A stretch of 64,000 bases of DNA from Psilocybe cubensis (taxonomy: Eukaryota). A model generated the notes under the pieces. That model was not told the origin of the DNA and searched no databases. It saw only the letters and a program-made list of their open reading frames with translations. How positions within the stretch are numbered: the stretch's first letter is position 1; every line of letters starts with the position of its first letter. The stretch lies in NCBI GenBank assembly GCA_017499595.2, contig CM038998.1:124001-188000 (forward strand). The letters are read 5' to 3'. Positions 1-13,186 of this stretch are shown piece after piece. A program made the translations under genes and the position numbers.

Positions 1-3000
1 GATACGGTAGGGCACATTTGACGCATTGAGGACCCCGCTATTGCCTTCATGTACGTCCCAAGATGTATAAGATATCCGACCAACGCGATAACGGTTTGTA
101 TACATTGCCCGCGCGGGCACGGTTGTCACACCATACCGTAAAAATGCCCGAGTAATGTCCATCTTTAACACCACCGCACGTCGATCATCGTATGGGATGG
201 CTTCTTCTTGAAGATCTTCTTCGCTTTCCTCGTCGTCTGTCTCAGTGTCATCGTCGGCCTCAGCATTTGCGACATCGATTGTCTCTGCTTCTCCTGCGAG
301 TATGTACCGTCCTTGGGGCATCACCAACTTGCGAAAGATCGGCCAACAGTCCCGAATAGCTTGTGGACATCCTGGTCTTTGAAAAATTGCCATAAGTTTG
401 GACCTTCTGTGCCAGGAAGTCGCAATTGTTTCCTCGTACTCGCCTACTATAGATCAGTAACCATGAAAGAGCAGGCAACAGGTAAAGCAAATTACCTTGC
501 TTGTAATTTGTGGGAATTCTTTGCAGCATCCCAATCATACGTTCGAAGGGAAACGTCCACCAACCATGAACAGGCCCATATTCGATGATAAACTCCCTCA
601 TATGCATAGCCATATGATGATTAGGAACACACTGGTAGCTTGGAAACAGCCTTGAAAGCTCGGAACGGTATTGTACCATCAAATTCAGGTATTCATTGGC
701 CATAGCTGGTGATGCGACCCGGGAAGTGATGACAGATATGGCCTCAAAAAGAAGCATCGTGAGGCGCAAAAGTTCTCGACGTGTTTGGGCAGGTTTCGAA
801 TGGTCAATTCCCGACCATATTCGGATGAGGGTAACTGGGATGTAAAGTGCTGCCGCAATGCGCCATTGGTCTGATTTGAGTTTTCCACTCTTTGCGGACA
901 TCGACCAGGGTAACGACGAGACCCATGACGGTTTTACCATAGCTGCAATGTCTCGTCGGATGGATTTCATGTCTTCTGCTGTAAGTATCTTTCCCTGCTT
1001 GCCATCCACTTCTGAAGTAGCCTGGCTTGACTGTGACTGGCCGAAATTTTTAGTTGTTAGAAGAATTGAAAAATTTAACAACGTACGGATCTTTCTTTAC
1101 GCTATTCACCGCGTATTAAACTATCAGATTGATGTTGAGGTAACGACGATGCAGACGTACCCATTGAACAAGCATTTGGGCCAGATCTTCTTTCTTGACT
1201 CGCATCATACCATTTAACGTGTCCCGGCCACGATTGGTGATGGTAGAGGGTATACACCCCAGATGTTTACCAACAAAAACAAGGGCTTCTGCTGCGGTCT
1301 TCTTTGCCAACTCGTTTGCTACGTCGGCATCTTCGATTGGAAGAGGCTCTGCCAACCATTTTCTGATGATGCGTATTCCTTTTTGACCAGACTCTGAGGT
1401 TGGCAAAGGATTACTTTCATTGCCCTCAATGTTTTGTAATATAAAGCTATCGCTCGATATAGGTGTTTGTTGTTTCTTCTTCTGCTTGGGTAAATCAGAA
1501 CCGTCACCGAGAATGTGCTGAAAATGCTCTTTGATGAGTCCAAGAAAAAGGTTATGCATCGGGTCTACAACAAGGCTCATGGTTGGCCGATAATAGGGCA
1601 ATCGATGAAATTCTGACGTGCGCAATCCGGATTTGTCGAAAAGGCTTGCAGCGGCCTTTTCGGAGGGGGCTGCCTGGTATTTCCAGGCACCATCTCGACA
1701 TTCGTCATCGGTGCGCCATGTCCATTTTTCATAATCGAAGTTGTTGAATGTATGCACAGTTTTACTACACCAGCACATCGAACAGAAATATTCCTGATTG
1801 TATGAAGAAAATCCACCAGCCTTCCGTGCTGCAGGAAGATCGGCGATGATTGCAAGAAGAGCACAAAGAATAATGCGCCCCATAGCGTAAAGAGCGGTGC
1901 GCGTAAAAAAAACACCCACCCAAAACAGCAGGAAAGTGTCAACAATAGGGCGGAAGTATGGGTTTGCTGCTTCTAGACTGGGTTCATTGGGACCCGGAAT
2001 AATACCCGCGAGAAAGATGTTTTCAGGTTTATATCGAGTAGTTATGGGAAGGTTGAGGCATGTTAATGCGATAACTCCAATTGAAATCTTCTTTCCAGCC
2101 GTAAGATTACGCAAAGGATTAAAGAAATCAAAGCCGAGTGAAAATAGATAACGTCCAGTAGTTTCATTTCCGGATACACCGAAAAATTTCTTATCGCATC
2201 CCTTGAAGTTACGGATGCTGGAAGACTGAAAAATATCGTCCATGCGCCCATTTTCTTGAACAGGTTCGAACGTTTTCTTCCAAGCACCGTCCATTGCTTC
2301 CTCGTATCCTCGACGCGATAACATGCCACCAAGCCAGTCCTGGAAATCGAATGATAGGAAGGGTTTGATGGGTACATTAATGGTCTTATTGCTGTATCTC
2401 TTTGGCAGGACAAGAAGTTCCCCACAACGATTACCGAACTTCCGGGCATTGCATCGTTCGCGATAGGTAGAAATATCGTCCTCTAGGGTTGGCTTGTAGA
2501 TTTCATTGCACTTTGGACAAGCGGCATACACGATGAACTTCGAATCAATGTCAAAACGCTTGATTGCCGCTCGAACGTCTAGAGGAAACGAACGAAGAAC
2601 TTGCTCGAGCCAACGAGGAAGGATTTTGTCGACAAAGATAGCCTCTCCCGTTCTTTGAGCGATATATTCGCACATGGAAAAGACAAAATAGCATCCACGT
2701 CGAGGAAACCTCAATATAGCGTAGCAAGAAACAACCATAAGGTTGATCATCTGCATCGCGTCAATTATCCATGGGGGTAGCCAAGGCATACTGTATGCAT
2801 AGGGAAGGAAGGGAAGGAAGTGGTGCCCTAGGGTCGATAGTTGATAAATAGTTCATCGAATACAAAGTGAAAAATAAACATGCTCGCTCACTTGAATCGT
2901 ATAAATTAGGTACGCTATCCTGAATAGAAACTCGCTGGCGAGATCTCTTCGTTTGCCTCTCCTTCCATGTTGCCTCTACACGGTCTACATCTTCATTAAG

Positions 3001-3555
3001 TCGCTCGATATTTTGGTGTGCATCATGTCGCAAAGATTTGATCGAGGCTTCCTTGCGCAAAGGACCGGATTTCGTAAAGTCTAAATCTCTCGATGCGTTG
3101 GAATTAAGAGCTCGTACTTCATGGCAAAGTTGAATTGCCTTATCAATTTCCCCATTGCTGAAATATTTCTCTCCTGAGATGTCAATGGTGTTGATTTGTT
3201 GGGCACGAAGTCTGGTATTGTCTAGAATATCTGCAATCAGAGCCACGATTTTTTTCTTCTGTTCGTGCTTGTACTGCACTTCCTTTTCCTTGATCGTCTC
3301 GGTGTCCGGGTCCTGAACAGATAAAAGTTGCATTGCTTTCTCCAAGGTGGTTTCGACCTTCTCCATGGCCCTTTGCTGCTCAAGGATCGCCCGTGATTCA
3401 AGATTCCTCTTCATCTGACCCACGCTTTCCTCGTGTTGGTGCTTTTTATATGTAGATGGCGACAATTGAACACCTGGCTGTCCTGTGACAGGATCGCGTT
3501 TCGCGCCGCACCCATGCACAGTGCACAGGCAAAACTTGGCTTTCCAAACCGGCAT
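1..3555 (-). CDS. CACTA/EnSpm-family (Tnp2/Transposase_21-like) transposase, multi-exon, 3' end runs off the window
   Basis: ORFs 2761-3555, 1116-2789 and 260-1081 joined by introns. Motifs FSLGFDFFNP, SIGVIALTCLNLP..RYKPENIFLAGIIPGPNEP, DLPAARK, DPMHNLFLG, LKSDQWR, PNHHMAMH..YGPVHGWWTFPFERMIGMLQ are typical of CMC transposases; the frame continues to base 1 (..HEGNS..). Confidence 0.9.
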
Positions 3556-3847
3556 AGGTCTGTCGAATCAACCAGAATATCGATATCAATGTGGTAACGG
3601 TTAAGCAATGATAAGAGAAATTTTACCACATGAGAAATTATTATGCGATCACGCAGCTGCAGCTGCAGCGGAGGCAATGACCCGGAGGAACTCGATAAGG
3701 TGATGTCGCCGAAACGCCGAGGCATAACAAAGGGACTGAGCGATGAAAGACTAGCGTTTTCTTTTAAAGCGCTTGTTCAGGAACTTTCTTCATTACCCTC
3801 ACCTTCCAAACACCCAGCACAACTGAGTCTAGTCGTCCAACTAAACT

Positions 3848-5407
3848 ATGTCTCAACCTTCCAGGAGTCGTAGTAACAGCAAATCATCCGTAACAGGGGC
3901 TACCCCAATATATACCGCGATGCTTTCCCGCGAACACTATATAAAGGCTGTTAGCGCGAGATCAAGAAAGAACGCAGGGGTAAGTTGTCTAAGGATTGAT
4001 TGAGGCGCATTTTTCAATGATACATTACCTTCTGTTAGAAGTCTGCTTCGAGGCAACGCCGGTCTCCTGAAGCAGGGGACGCTAGCATGGTGGCAGGGCC
4101 ATCGAGATTCCAGGAAGTTGATGATGACGACATGGACCAATCCTTTGAATCCAATTCAACTGCGTTAGTCACCAACACCTTGACGTCCAACAAAACCCAG
4201 GCTGCGGTGCGCTTGAGTATAATGATTTATGTATTTCAATCTGACAGTACATACTTTCACCAGGGGAGTATTCAAAGGGCCTACACGGCCCCAATGGTCT
4301 CGTCCTTTGCCGAGAACCGTGAGGTTTCCACCGAAGGTCCATCGACAGAGATTGCGAATGTGTCGGTGGATGCTGGGAGAGACAATCTTATGACCAGACG
4401 TCCTCCTATACAGGTGGCCAACGTGAATGCTATATTAGCCATACTCCCAGGCCGGAATGAATTGTTTCCCGCCGTTCAACATAACCGATCTATTGCCAAT
4501 GGATCGTATGCAGCATCCACCAATGTCCAGAATGATCGAGGCATAACCAATCAACAAAGCGGAGTGGATGCTGGGATAGACCAAGTGATCATTAGTCAAG
4601 TACGCCACGATCATACGCCGTCGACTTTAGCACTAATCAACTACTTTCGATGAACAGGATGAATATGACAGGCTGAAGTCCACTTCAAATGCTGCAAGGT
4701 TGAGAAGTGATGATATAATAGCGACCGTAAGAATAATGAAATGATTCATAAGGAGGCGACTTACATCTGCATCCATTTTCCAGGTTAGAGAAGTTCAAGC
4801 CGACAGGGAGCGCATTGCCGCCCTTGAGCGAGGTCTAACCGAGCAGGGAGAGACGTTTAAATGGGTTAGTTTGGTTTCTTCCCTCACATAACCTTATGAC
4901 GTTTATCCGAGACCGTCACACTTTTTAAACAATTATATTATAGGAAATTGACAAAGCGAGCAAGATGTATACTGAGCTCTTGAAGGAGAAGGTGGCCCAG
5001 GAAAACCTGTACCTTGAAACGAAGAGGGTAAATTTACAATATGACCGATATCGATAATGTTAATGACAAATTTAAATAGGAAAATGACAGGTTGAAGGAG
5101 CTGGAAGAGACAGTACTTGGATTCGCAAAATGCACAATTTGCTATGAATTTATGGAGCAAATTTGCGTGTAAGCCTTTTCGAGAACTGTGTTTACAGATC
5201 AAAGTGACCTCAGAACATTATCACAGCTTTGCTTGTGGTCATGTTTGCTGCAACGATTGCAGGACAAAGCTCGAGTTATTTGACACACTGAGGTGCTGCT
5301 TTGTATGCCGCACATTTGTTCCAGATGAACAACCCCTCTCGCGTTACCATCCCCTCAGCCAGATTCTGTCCAATGTAAAGGATAAGGCTAATGCAGAGGG
5401 TGTTTAG
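3848..5407 (+). CDS. Multi-exon coiled-coil protein with C-terminal C3HC4 RING finger (putative E3 ligase), divergent from the transposase
   Basis: ATG 3848 (MSQPSRSRS..) followed by a GTAAGT donor. The last exons splice to CTICYEFMEQICV-FACGHVCCNDC..CCFVCR, giving C-x2-C..C-x-H-x2-C-x2-C..C-x2-C. Confidence 0.75.
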
Positions 5408-5551
5408 AGTAATCCTACTCCCTCTGCACGCTGCAGCTTCTGTTCGAGGTGATCATATAAGTATATAGCAAATGAAGAATGTCATGTTTCATACCAGAAT
5501 TTATATTATCTTCACAAGACGAGGTGATGGTAGAGAAATACCAAAAACAGG

Positions 5552-8500
5552 TCACAGTATCTTTTTCTTGTACTGGTCTTTTAACTGAGTCATAACATTG
5601 GAGTTGAGGTCTCTGTCTTTCTTGGACTCGGGAACTGAACACAGGAAATCCGTGCTGAGTATAAATCGCTCGCCAGTTAAAACGTCTACACGATCTTTAG
5701 ATCGGGTGACTACAGCGACCAAGACAGTTGGATTATCCGAGGTGCCTTCATGATGAATGCGACGAACGAATTTCCCGCAATGTTCCCCCTTGATAACCAC
5801 TAGAGGCCCATTGTCATGTATTCGATTTGCATACTTCGGAGTGACCCAAGCGGGGTCCACCATAGTCCATGAACTGTACTTTTTGCACCTGAGTACGAGG
5901 TTGTTTGCATCCCAAACCGTTGAGGCGACTAATGTTTTATTGCTGAACTGTCCGCCGTTGACTACCACATTCAGGCTGATGTCCACCAGTTTGGGGTTTA
6001 AGAGAACATGTTCGCACACAGAAGAGGAAGTCGTATGACAGTTTGTTTCAGATGAGGAGGAAACAGATGTAGAGACGTCTGATAACGCAAGACTTGTTGG
6101 CGAATGAGCAGTTGGGTCAGGTGTCCTTGAGGAGGGGTCCCAAGCTGGAGTGATAGATTGCGGTGTACCGATGGGTGTCCTTGAGGAAGGATCCCAGGCT
6201 GGAGTTGCAGTGGGTTCTGAGTACATCGGTGTGCCGCTCGCTGACGCAATCGTTTGCGGTACGCCAGGGAGAACGCGGACGTGCTTCATGGAAGACTTAG
6301 GTATAGGACGGAAAAATTTTGGCCCAGGATCAAGGAAAAGAACGAGCTCATTGAACGTCCTTGCGTACAAGTTAGACAGAGGGTACATGCAATGACAACA
6401 CACTTACAAAAGTTCGACGACATCGTCATAGTCCACAACGATTGTTTGGAACGGTGCAAAGGGATTAAAACGGGTGAGTTGAATAACGAGCTGCAGTCCG
6501 GCGTTGTCTGTATGATGAAGGACGTCTTTGATTCGTCCAGTCTCACCCTTGCGTGGGTGAAGATGCTTCTGTATAATGACCTCTAAACCAGTCCATGGGT
6601 GTCTTAAAAACTTGGTGTGGACTGGGTCTGACTCCGACAATAATGTCACATCGACAAGAGGTAGGGGCTCAGTAAATGAAGTGTCCAAGAGATTGACGTG
6701 TACCGCAAAATGCTGTTGAAAGGTATAGCCACGTTAAGAGAAAAACCGGTGAATATGTCAAGCTGCAAATTTACTCACTTCCACAATCTCAACCTTGTTA
6801 TCATCTCCTACCCCAGAATTAAACTGGTTAGATGCTGCTGTTGTACTGACCACAGCGCCCTGGTTGTACGACTCCTGAGCTGCTGTTGGTTTTCCTACTC
6901 CTGTGACACACGAACTCCCTCCCGGCATCGACATTTCTTCTTCATCTAACGTTGCTGCTGATTCATCCAAAGTTAGAGCGATATCCGAATGCACCATTAT
7001 ACCCCCTGGCATCATTTGCGCTTCTACCGCCGTCCCCAGATCTGTCTCCGCCGAACCTTTTCTCAGATCATCGTTCCCTGTCGGCACGGGATATTGTTCT
7101 TTTCCGTTGGTGGGCGTCGAAGATGTTTCAGCATTTGTTTCCACAATGGAAATGCGACCATGCACCGAACTTTTCGTTATTAGTGCATGGTCTCCATGGA
7201 TTCCAACGACCCAACCTCTGTGATCGAAATAGGGGCCGCTCACAACTCGAACGAATTGCCCGATTTTTGGTGACTTGAGAATGTCTAGCCATGTTCCCCT
7301 AACACTGTAGCGGATTTCACGTTCACCTTCGATTGTTGATTGTTCTGCTTCAACGTCGTATGTGTCCAGCTTTTTCAGCACTGCAGGTTCCCACTTTGCA
7401 GACCGATTCGCAACGTCGGGTGTACGAAAAAGAACCTCCTCTTCCAGTCCTAAGCACCATTCCCGAGGACGTGGCATACGCGCTCGCATTATGTCGGGAT
7501 GATTGGTGCTCCTAAACATGGAGAAGTGGGAATACGGAATATCCATGACGGAATTTGCGATGGAGGTATAGTCGAAATCCTTTTCCAACAGTCCATGGTC
7601 AAACTTGAGAAGTCCAAGCGTGTATGATCCATCCGCATTGCGAATAATGGGAGTAGAAATGAGTTTGCGGGCTTCTTCAGGGTCGAAAAGTTTTGCTGGG
7701 GGTACTAGTACCGATGACTTTCTCTTTTGTGACTTTGCAGATTGCGAATTTAGCCGAGGAATGAGAAGAACCTGAGCGCCCCAGGAAAAAGTCGCTGAAA
7801 TCAGTCCAACGTCTCCTTTGTATATGCCTTTCTTAACCAAAACCCAGGTCCCAACCTCAAAATCCTTCTTGACATCCCTCATCGTAAGAAGTTCGTGCTG
7901 ATGGTTCCGATCCACTATTTCGCGCTTGACTCCAAGGTGGTTACGAAGGATTCCGGGCGTGGACAAGAGCAGATTCACGAGGGCTGGATCCATGATACCT
8001 TCAACGTAGATACTTCCGCGTATAGAGCCGCGAGTAAATGCGGAACGAATATGGTGGATCTCCCTTGCGGTCTGGAGAAGGGATAGGACAGCTGCATCCT
8101 CAGAGCCGATCTGCAAAAGTTGATAGAAAAATAATCAAGGGATAGGTATTCAGACTTACCCGACATCCAACCCTCCAGAGAGGATAGTCATTCTCAAGCG
8201 GAAGACGCGCAATCTTCTCCTGGAGCATGGTTATCCTATCTTCCTCCTCCAAACGTATAACCGGACGTGGTTGACGAGGGCCCTTTGCTTGAGCCTCCAG
8301 GCGAGCCAGTAGTTGGTTAAATGAATCCTCCTCGCTGTCATCTTCTGGCCTATGGAACGCCATAGAGCCTATGTGATCTTCCCCGTCCACTTCCGCTCCG
8401 TCGTTAATGAAGGCATCTGTAAAGACAGTCAAATCAAGTCTATCGCAACATTCTGAACAGCTCGCCTTCAAGGTCCCGTTCTGCAGACGTAAGCTGCTCA

Positions 8501-8568
8501 TCGTCAGAAAGCTCTCCATCATCAGCTACCTGTGCCTCCGTGTCCAGAAATTGGCGGACGTTCCTCAT
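5552..8568 (-). CDS. Spt5/NusG-like transcription elongation factor homolog (divergent; acidic N-term, NGN, several KOW, TPAW repeats)
   Basis: N-term RQFLDTEAQVADD..FINDGAEVD; NGN-like LWRVGCR-IGSE..IRSAFTRGSIRGSIYVEG; KOW1 VGTWVLVKKGIYKGDVGLI..LIPRL..PPAKLFDPE; KOWs IGQFVRVVSGPYFDHRGWV and GLEVIIQKHLHPRKGETGRIKDV; CTR-like TPAWDPSSRTP x2; C-terminal KOW-like LVVIKGEHCGK. The start at 8568 is inferred. Confidence 0.8.
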
Positions 8569-9894
8569 AACCTAGGGAGAAAAAATCATGAGTATCAAGA
8601 TGCTTTGAACAGAAATCAAGCAAGCCTACCCGCTTCATCCTTTGGACTGTGTCGTTCGATGGAAATGAACAAATTTAATTAGATGATCAGTTACCACTCT
8701 GACTTAGGAATCGGAATCTATATGACGTTGGTGTGCTCAGTAAGTTTTTTTCATCTTCATTACGATGGTGATCTCATTTTCATTTTCCAACTATCCAAAT
8801 CTATCACTGAACTACGTGTAATAGTACATATTCTCGTTCCGGTTCAACGCCAATGCAGAATCCGTGGCGTATCTTACCTGGAATGACAGCCCCTGAGCAA
8901 CGAGGAGACAAAACGGTATGGTGGAGAGAAGAAGAAAAAGAGCGTGGGAATGGGTGGGGGGCTGTAGAAATGGCGCAGAAGTTCGATGCCGCAAATGCCA
9001 AAACATATCACGTGTTAATGTTCCTCGGGCATCCCGGGTGTGGATGAGGGTTCAAAACATTGAGAGCTGAGCGTCGTGCTGAAACTTATCAATGCGGAAG
9101 CGCTCATGTGAACACTTAAGCTCGTATCCTGTTAAAAATGCATGGTGAAACCTATTGTAGGGAACCTAGACGATGGAGCGACACGAAGTAGTCGGCTCGT
9201 CCTGAATGAAAAATTCATAGAAAATGGACATAATAAATTATTGACATGACCGTTGAGACAACTCATCCAGAATAAAATTTAGGGGCAGAACCAAGGGGCA
9301 CACCGTTAGTTCCATCAAAAACCAAGGCACAAGTTATGTATGGCGTACCCAGGTCTATGCTACCGCGAAACTAAGTATTTCGTTGCTTGCATATTCAAAA
9401 GTACGTACTACAGTTTACAAACAGTGGGAAATCAGCTACTCTACAAGAGTCTCAGGTGTTTGTATTTCCGAAGGAAAATAAGCACATTCAAATAATCTTG
9501 TAGTGAGCGGCGACCTTAGCATTTTGTGAGCCCAATAATTCGAGTATCAACGGTAGATATATTTGCGTGGAAAACGGTAAAAACAGACGAGGCCGTACTT
9601 CCAAGGACCCGCAGAAATAAGTTAAGGAGAACATCCTGGTGCATTGATCCAATCATGTAGATAGGGTCACCATGACACTGTAATAGAAGAAGCGCGGTTG
9701 TAAAAATACAGGGCCAAGTCCTCAATAACGAATATGTGAAACATACAAATTAGGCACCTCGTCGTCGAAGTCGACAGATTTGCGGGCCACGTTGCGGTGT
9801 CTACCACAACCTTTGCGATAATAAACATGGATAAGCTCGTACAGTTAGTGAGCAATGCAGAGCGGTGATGAAGCTCTACACATAATATGTCACT

Positions 9895-10224
9895 GAACAT
9901 CTCGTGTTCGGGAGAGTAAATTCGGCTTACAGTACGTGTAAAACAATACCTCACGGCGATTCGAGTTCGAGGGTGAAGTGGGCGCTGGGCAATGGCCGTG
10001 TTAGATTGTTGAACGAGATTTTAAACCACCCACTGGCAGGACAAAATGGGGTTGGAAAGTCACCGAAGATTATTATATCAAGTAGAGCTTGGGTTAATAA
10101 ATTTAGTATATCAATTGCAGATATTGATGAAGCGACATACTTCATAGATTGAAGAGAATTATTAGACGGGAACATCTCGCGTGTTCGAGAGAGTAAATTT
10201 GGCTTACAGTACGTGTAAAACAAT
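9895..10224. repeat. ~53 bp direct repeat (9895-9947 and 10170-10224), each containing a minus-strand GTAAGC donor-like site
   Basis: gaacatctcg(cg)tgttcgRgagagtaaattYggcttacagtacgtgtaaaacaat occurs twice. Confidence 0.85.
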
Positions 10225-12344
10225 TGAGACTGGTGCCGCTCGAATACCTGATAGAAAAAAGACGGAGCCAATCTATAGTTGCATAAGCAGGAGACTCGAC
10301 GGGAGCCATGTGCAAATCCTGTATATTCCAAGTCCCGATATCGTGAAATCCAAATTAAAACGGCAACCTGCAAAGAGGGTACCTCGCAGACCGGGTGCTT
10401 ACAGTAGGCAGCGTCGTACAAAACATAAAGTTATGGCAGCATTCAACGTTCAATTCTTGAATGTAGGTGGGTGCGTCGTTGAATAAGTGAGGTCTGTAAA
10501 GCAATGAGGCGGCACATGTGCTGTAGAATATGTTTCCTGCACTGATAGCAAAGATGATTCCTCACCTATGTTTGTGACGCTCGAATACGGGTCTGGCAGG
10601 CGAAGAGGCGGCGGGTGTGCTGTAGAAGGTGTTCTTGGCTTGTGTTTCCTGCCTGATAGTAATAAAAATACGATTCGCACCTATGTTTCTGCGTAATTCA
10701 CTATCCAAATGAATTGTAGTTCCTCCTCGTTCTGTGTCGCTCACCCGACTATTTCCTCTGCCCTTCCAAGCCGGGTCTATGTCACTTGAACTAAAATTGT
10801 ATTACTAGAGTACGCAGCTAGCTAAGTTTATGGTATTAGAGTCTACACTAAAGTGCTACTACTACAGTAAGCTCGTATGCGAACCATCTCTACGTACGAC
10901 GTGCTTCATAGGAGTGAGTGTTGAGAGAGAGGTGGAAAGGCGTCACACCGTCACAAAATCGCCATGATACAGGACAGAAGTTTGATGCCGCTGATGCCGT
11001 GCCACCAATCACGCGCATCACCAATTTGGCGACGGCATGAGCGGCATCGAACTTCTGCGGTACTTGTTGGCGTGCTGGCCATATTCTCACGCTTTCTTCT
11101 TCTTCTGTTCCAACCATGCTCATCTAGCGGGTGAAGTAGCACATATAGACCGAGTAGCGCTGCTATCCATGTAGGCAGTCTAGCGTAGTGTACCATGTAA
11201 ATAATACAAATACTACTACAGGGAGCGAAATGGGGACCGAATGATATTGTGCGTGAGGTGTAATCGAAGTGCCAACACAGATGTTAAGCACGTATGAGAT
11301 CTCTACGCTCGCCGTAAGTAACACAATTTTCTGCACAGTGTTGTATATTGGGTCAGTCATTCAGCGCAGATACAGGTCAGCGAACAAGACATCGCAAAAG
11401 TTTCGAAGCATGTCTGGTAAGTCGCAACTCCAGTGTACCCGCCGTTTGCTAACCATGCGATTAGACGCACACGATTCTCACTCAAGTCGTTCGTTTCACC
11501 ATTTCCTTCCTCTTGTTCTACACAGGTATGTTTCGTTCTGTCTACCTAATTTTCTGTAGTAACTTACATAGTATAGCCCATCTCCTATCCCGAACACCAA
11601 CGATCCGCACTATGCGCTATTAAGCAAACAAGATCCCGGACTTGTCATCGTTCGGATACCGGTGTTCCTTCCAACTCAACTCCACAACCCCTTTCGCACG
11701 GATAGGGCCCTCTGGATGGGAATAGGTTATCAGAATTGCATTGCATGATGTGTAGAGCGCGTATACGCAGACGTATGACTGGGTAAGTCTGTTTACGTCG
11801 CATGTCCCATGGCATTCGCTGATATACCTGACAGACCCTGATTCCCATATCCTCCATGCACATTGCGCAGGTGGATGACATTCGCATCCTTCTCTCTGTG
11901 CAGAACGAGCATCGCTGAGAGTGCACGATAAAATACCAATCAAGTAAGTAGCAGGTTCACTTACCTTGACGCTTCCACTGATTTGCCACATCCAAACTTT
12001 GGCTAGCAAGTCGTCGAACCTGGATGGCCAGCGAGGGGTCCATCGTCGCCCGACACGAACGCATGTACTTCAGTCGTGGAGACGTGTAGGCTCGAGCGGG
12101 AAACTGGGGCAACATTAATGTACGTGGCTGAACGAAGACGGCTGCGCACAGTACTCACTCCTCACACAGAGTTGCAACGCCCGTCCTTTGCTGTGTCCTC
12201 TCCATTCCATCGGTTGCATCAACGTTTTAGGGCAAACCATGACATATACAGAAGGTCATCATTTCGCGAGAGTACGTTTTTCGTCTTCTGTCTCTCTTTC
12301 TTAAGCACCAGGTTTTGATCTACAACTTCTCCTTAGCACGCTAT
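9982..12344 (+). repeat. Left arm of 2363 bp near-perfect inverted repeat
   Basis: Reverse complement of 18555-20917; mirrored ORFs have constant coordinate sum 30899; I noticed only one mismatch (near 10006/20893). Confidence 0.97.
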
Positions 12345-12734
12345 ACTTACGCCCGAGATACTAGCCATCATCCGCAAGGGCGGGCCCTCCGCAGAATGGA
12401 CATCTGGAGGGTGAAGTACCACATACAGACCGAAAAAGCGCAGCAATAGTCTACCGTAGCGTACAACGTAAACAACAGTACTACGGGGGACTTTTCTGCT
12501 ATGAAATGACGACCGAATGCTATCGTGCAAGTGTGACCGAAGATAACACGAAGTCTACTAACGCAGACAGTCTTTGTGCACCGCTGGTCTGTGGATTCGT
12601 TGTCGGTGCTTTCATGCAGGCTAATGCTTTACAAAAAACAGGTTTTTCGGGATTTTGAATGGCCTGGTTTGATTCACTGATTGAATGAAACTAGGGGTTG
12701 TTAGTGTCGTCAAACTTCATATTGGCATCCGGCC

Positions 12735-13186
12735 TCACCTTTTGGTCGCAAAATCAGCTAAAATTCTGTCGCGCCCCCCGAGGTTTACCAATTCTTGGTG
12801 TTTTCCTTTCTTAAAGACGACAATATCACCCTTCCAATTGCGCACTCTCCATCTCCGAATGCTTCTGTTAGGGGGGAGCCTGCAATGGTTCTTGACAAAG
12901 ACATGAAACTGCGCAATCTTCCCTCTATTCGAAATTGAAACAATAGCATCGTGGATGTATGGCTGCAGGCGTTTCCCTCCCATGACCAGGTCGAGACGGG
13001 GGCTTCTGCCGCTTGTGTTCTGAAGGGTGTGTATCGCTTTGTTCACGGGTCTTTCTGCGTGCGCGCCATAGTAGCGCGCTCTTAATGATAGCGAGGTGTC
13101 CTGGAATCCTTAAGAAGAACGTCAAGTATCCTCGCGAAATTGCTCACCCTAGTCCGTGGGATATATTTAGCAAGTGCAGAAACCAT
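12735..13186 (-). CDS. Small hypothetical protein carried in the element (at least two exons; 3' end uncertain)
   Basis: ATG 13186 MVSALAKYIPRTR, then a GTGAGC..CAG intron, then DTSLSLRARYYG..FVKNHCRLPPN..WKGDIVVFKKG..VNLGGRDRILADFA; globular-looking composition. Confidence 0.55.

Noticed and set aside
9951-12318. Many short ORFs (60-156 aa) repeated identically in the inverted-repeat arms
   Set aside because: Their recurrence reflects DNA duplication, not protein conservation; no recognisable domain. Small spliced genes cannot be excluded.
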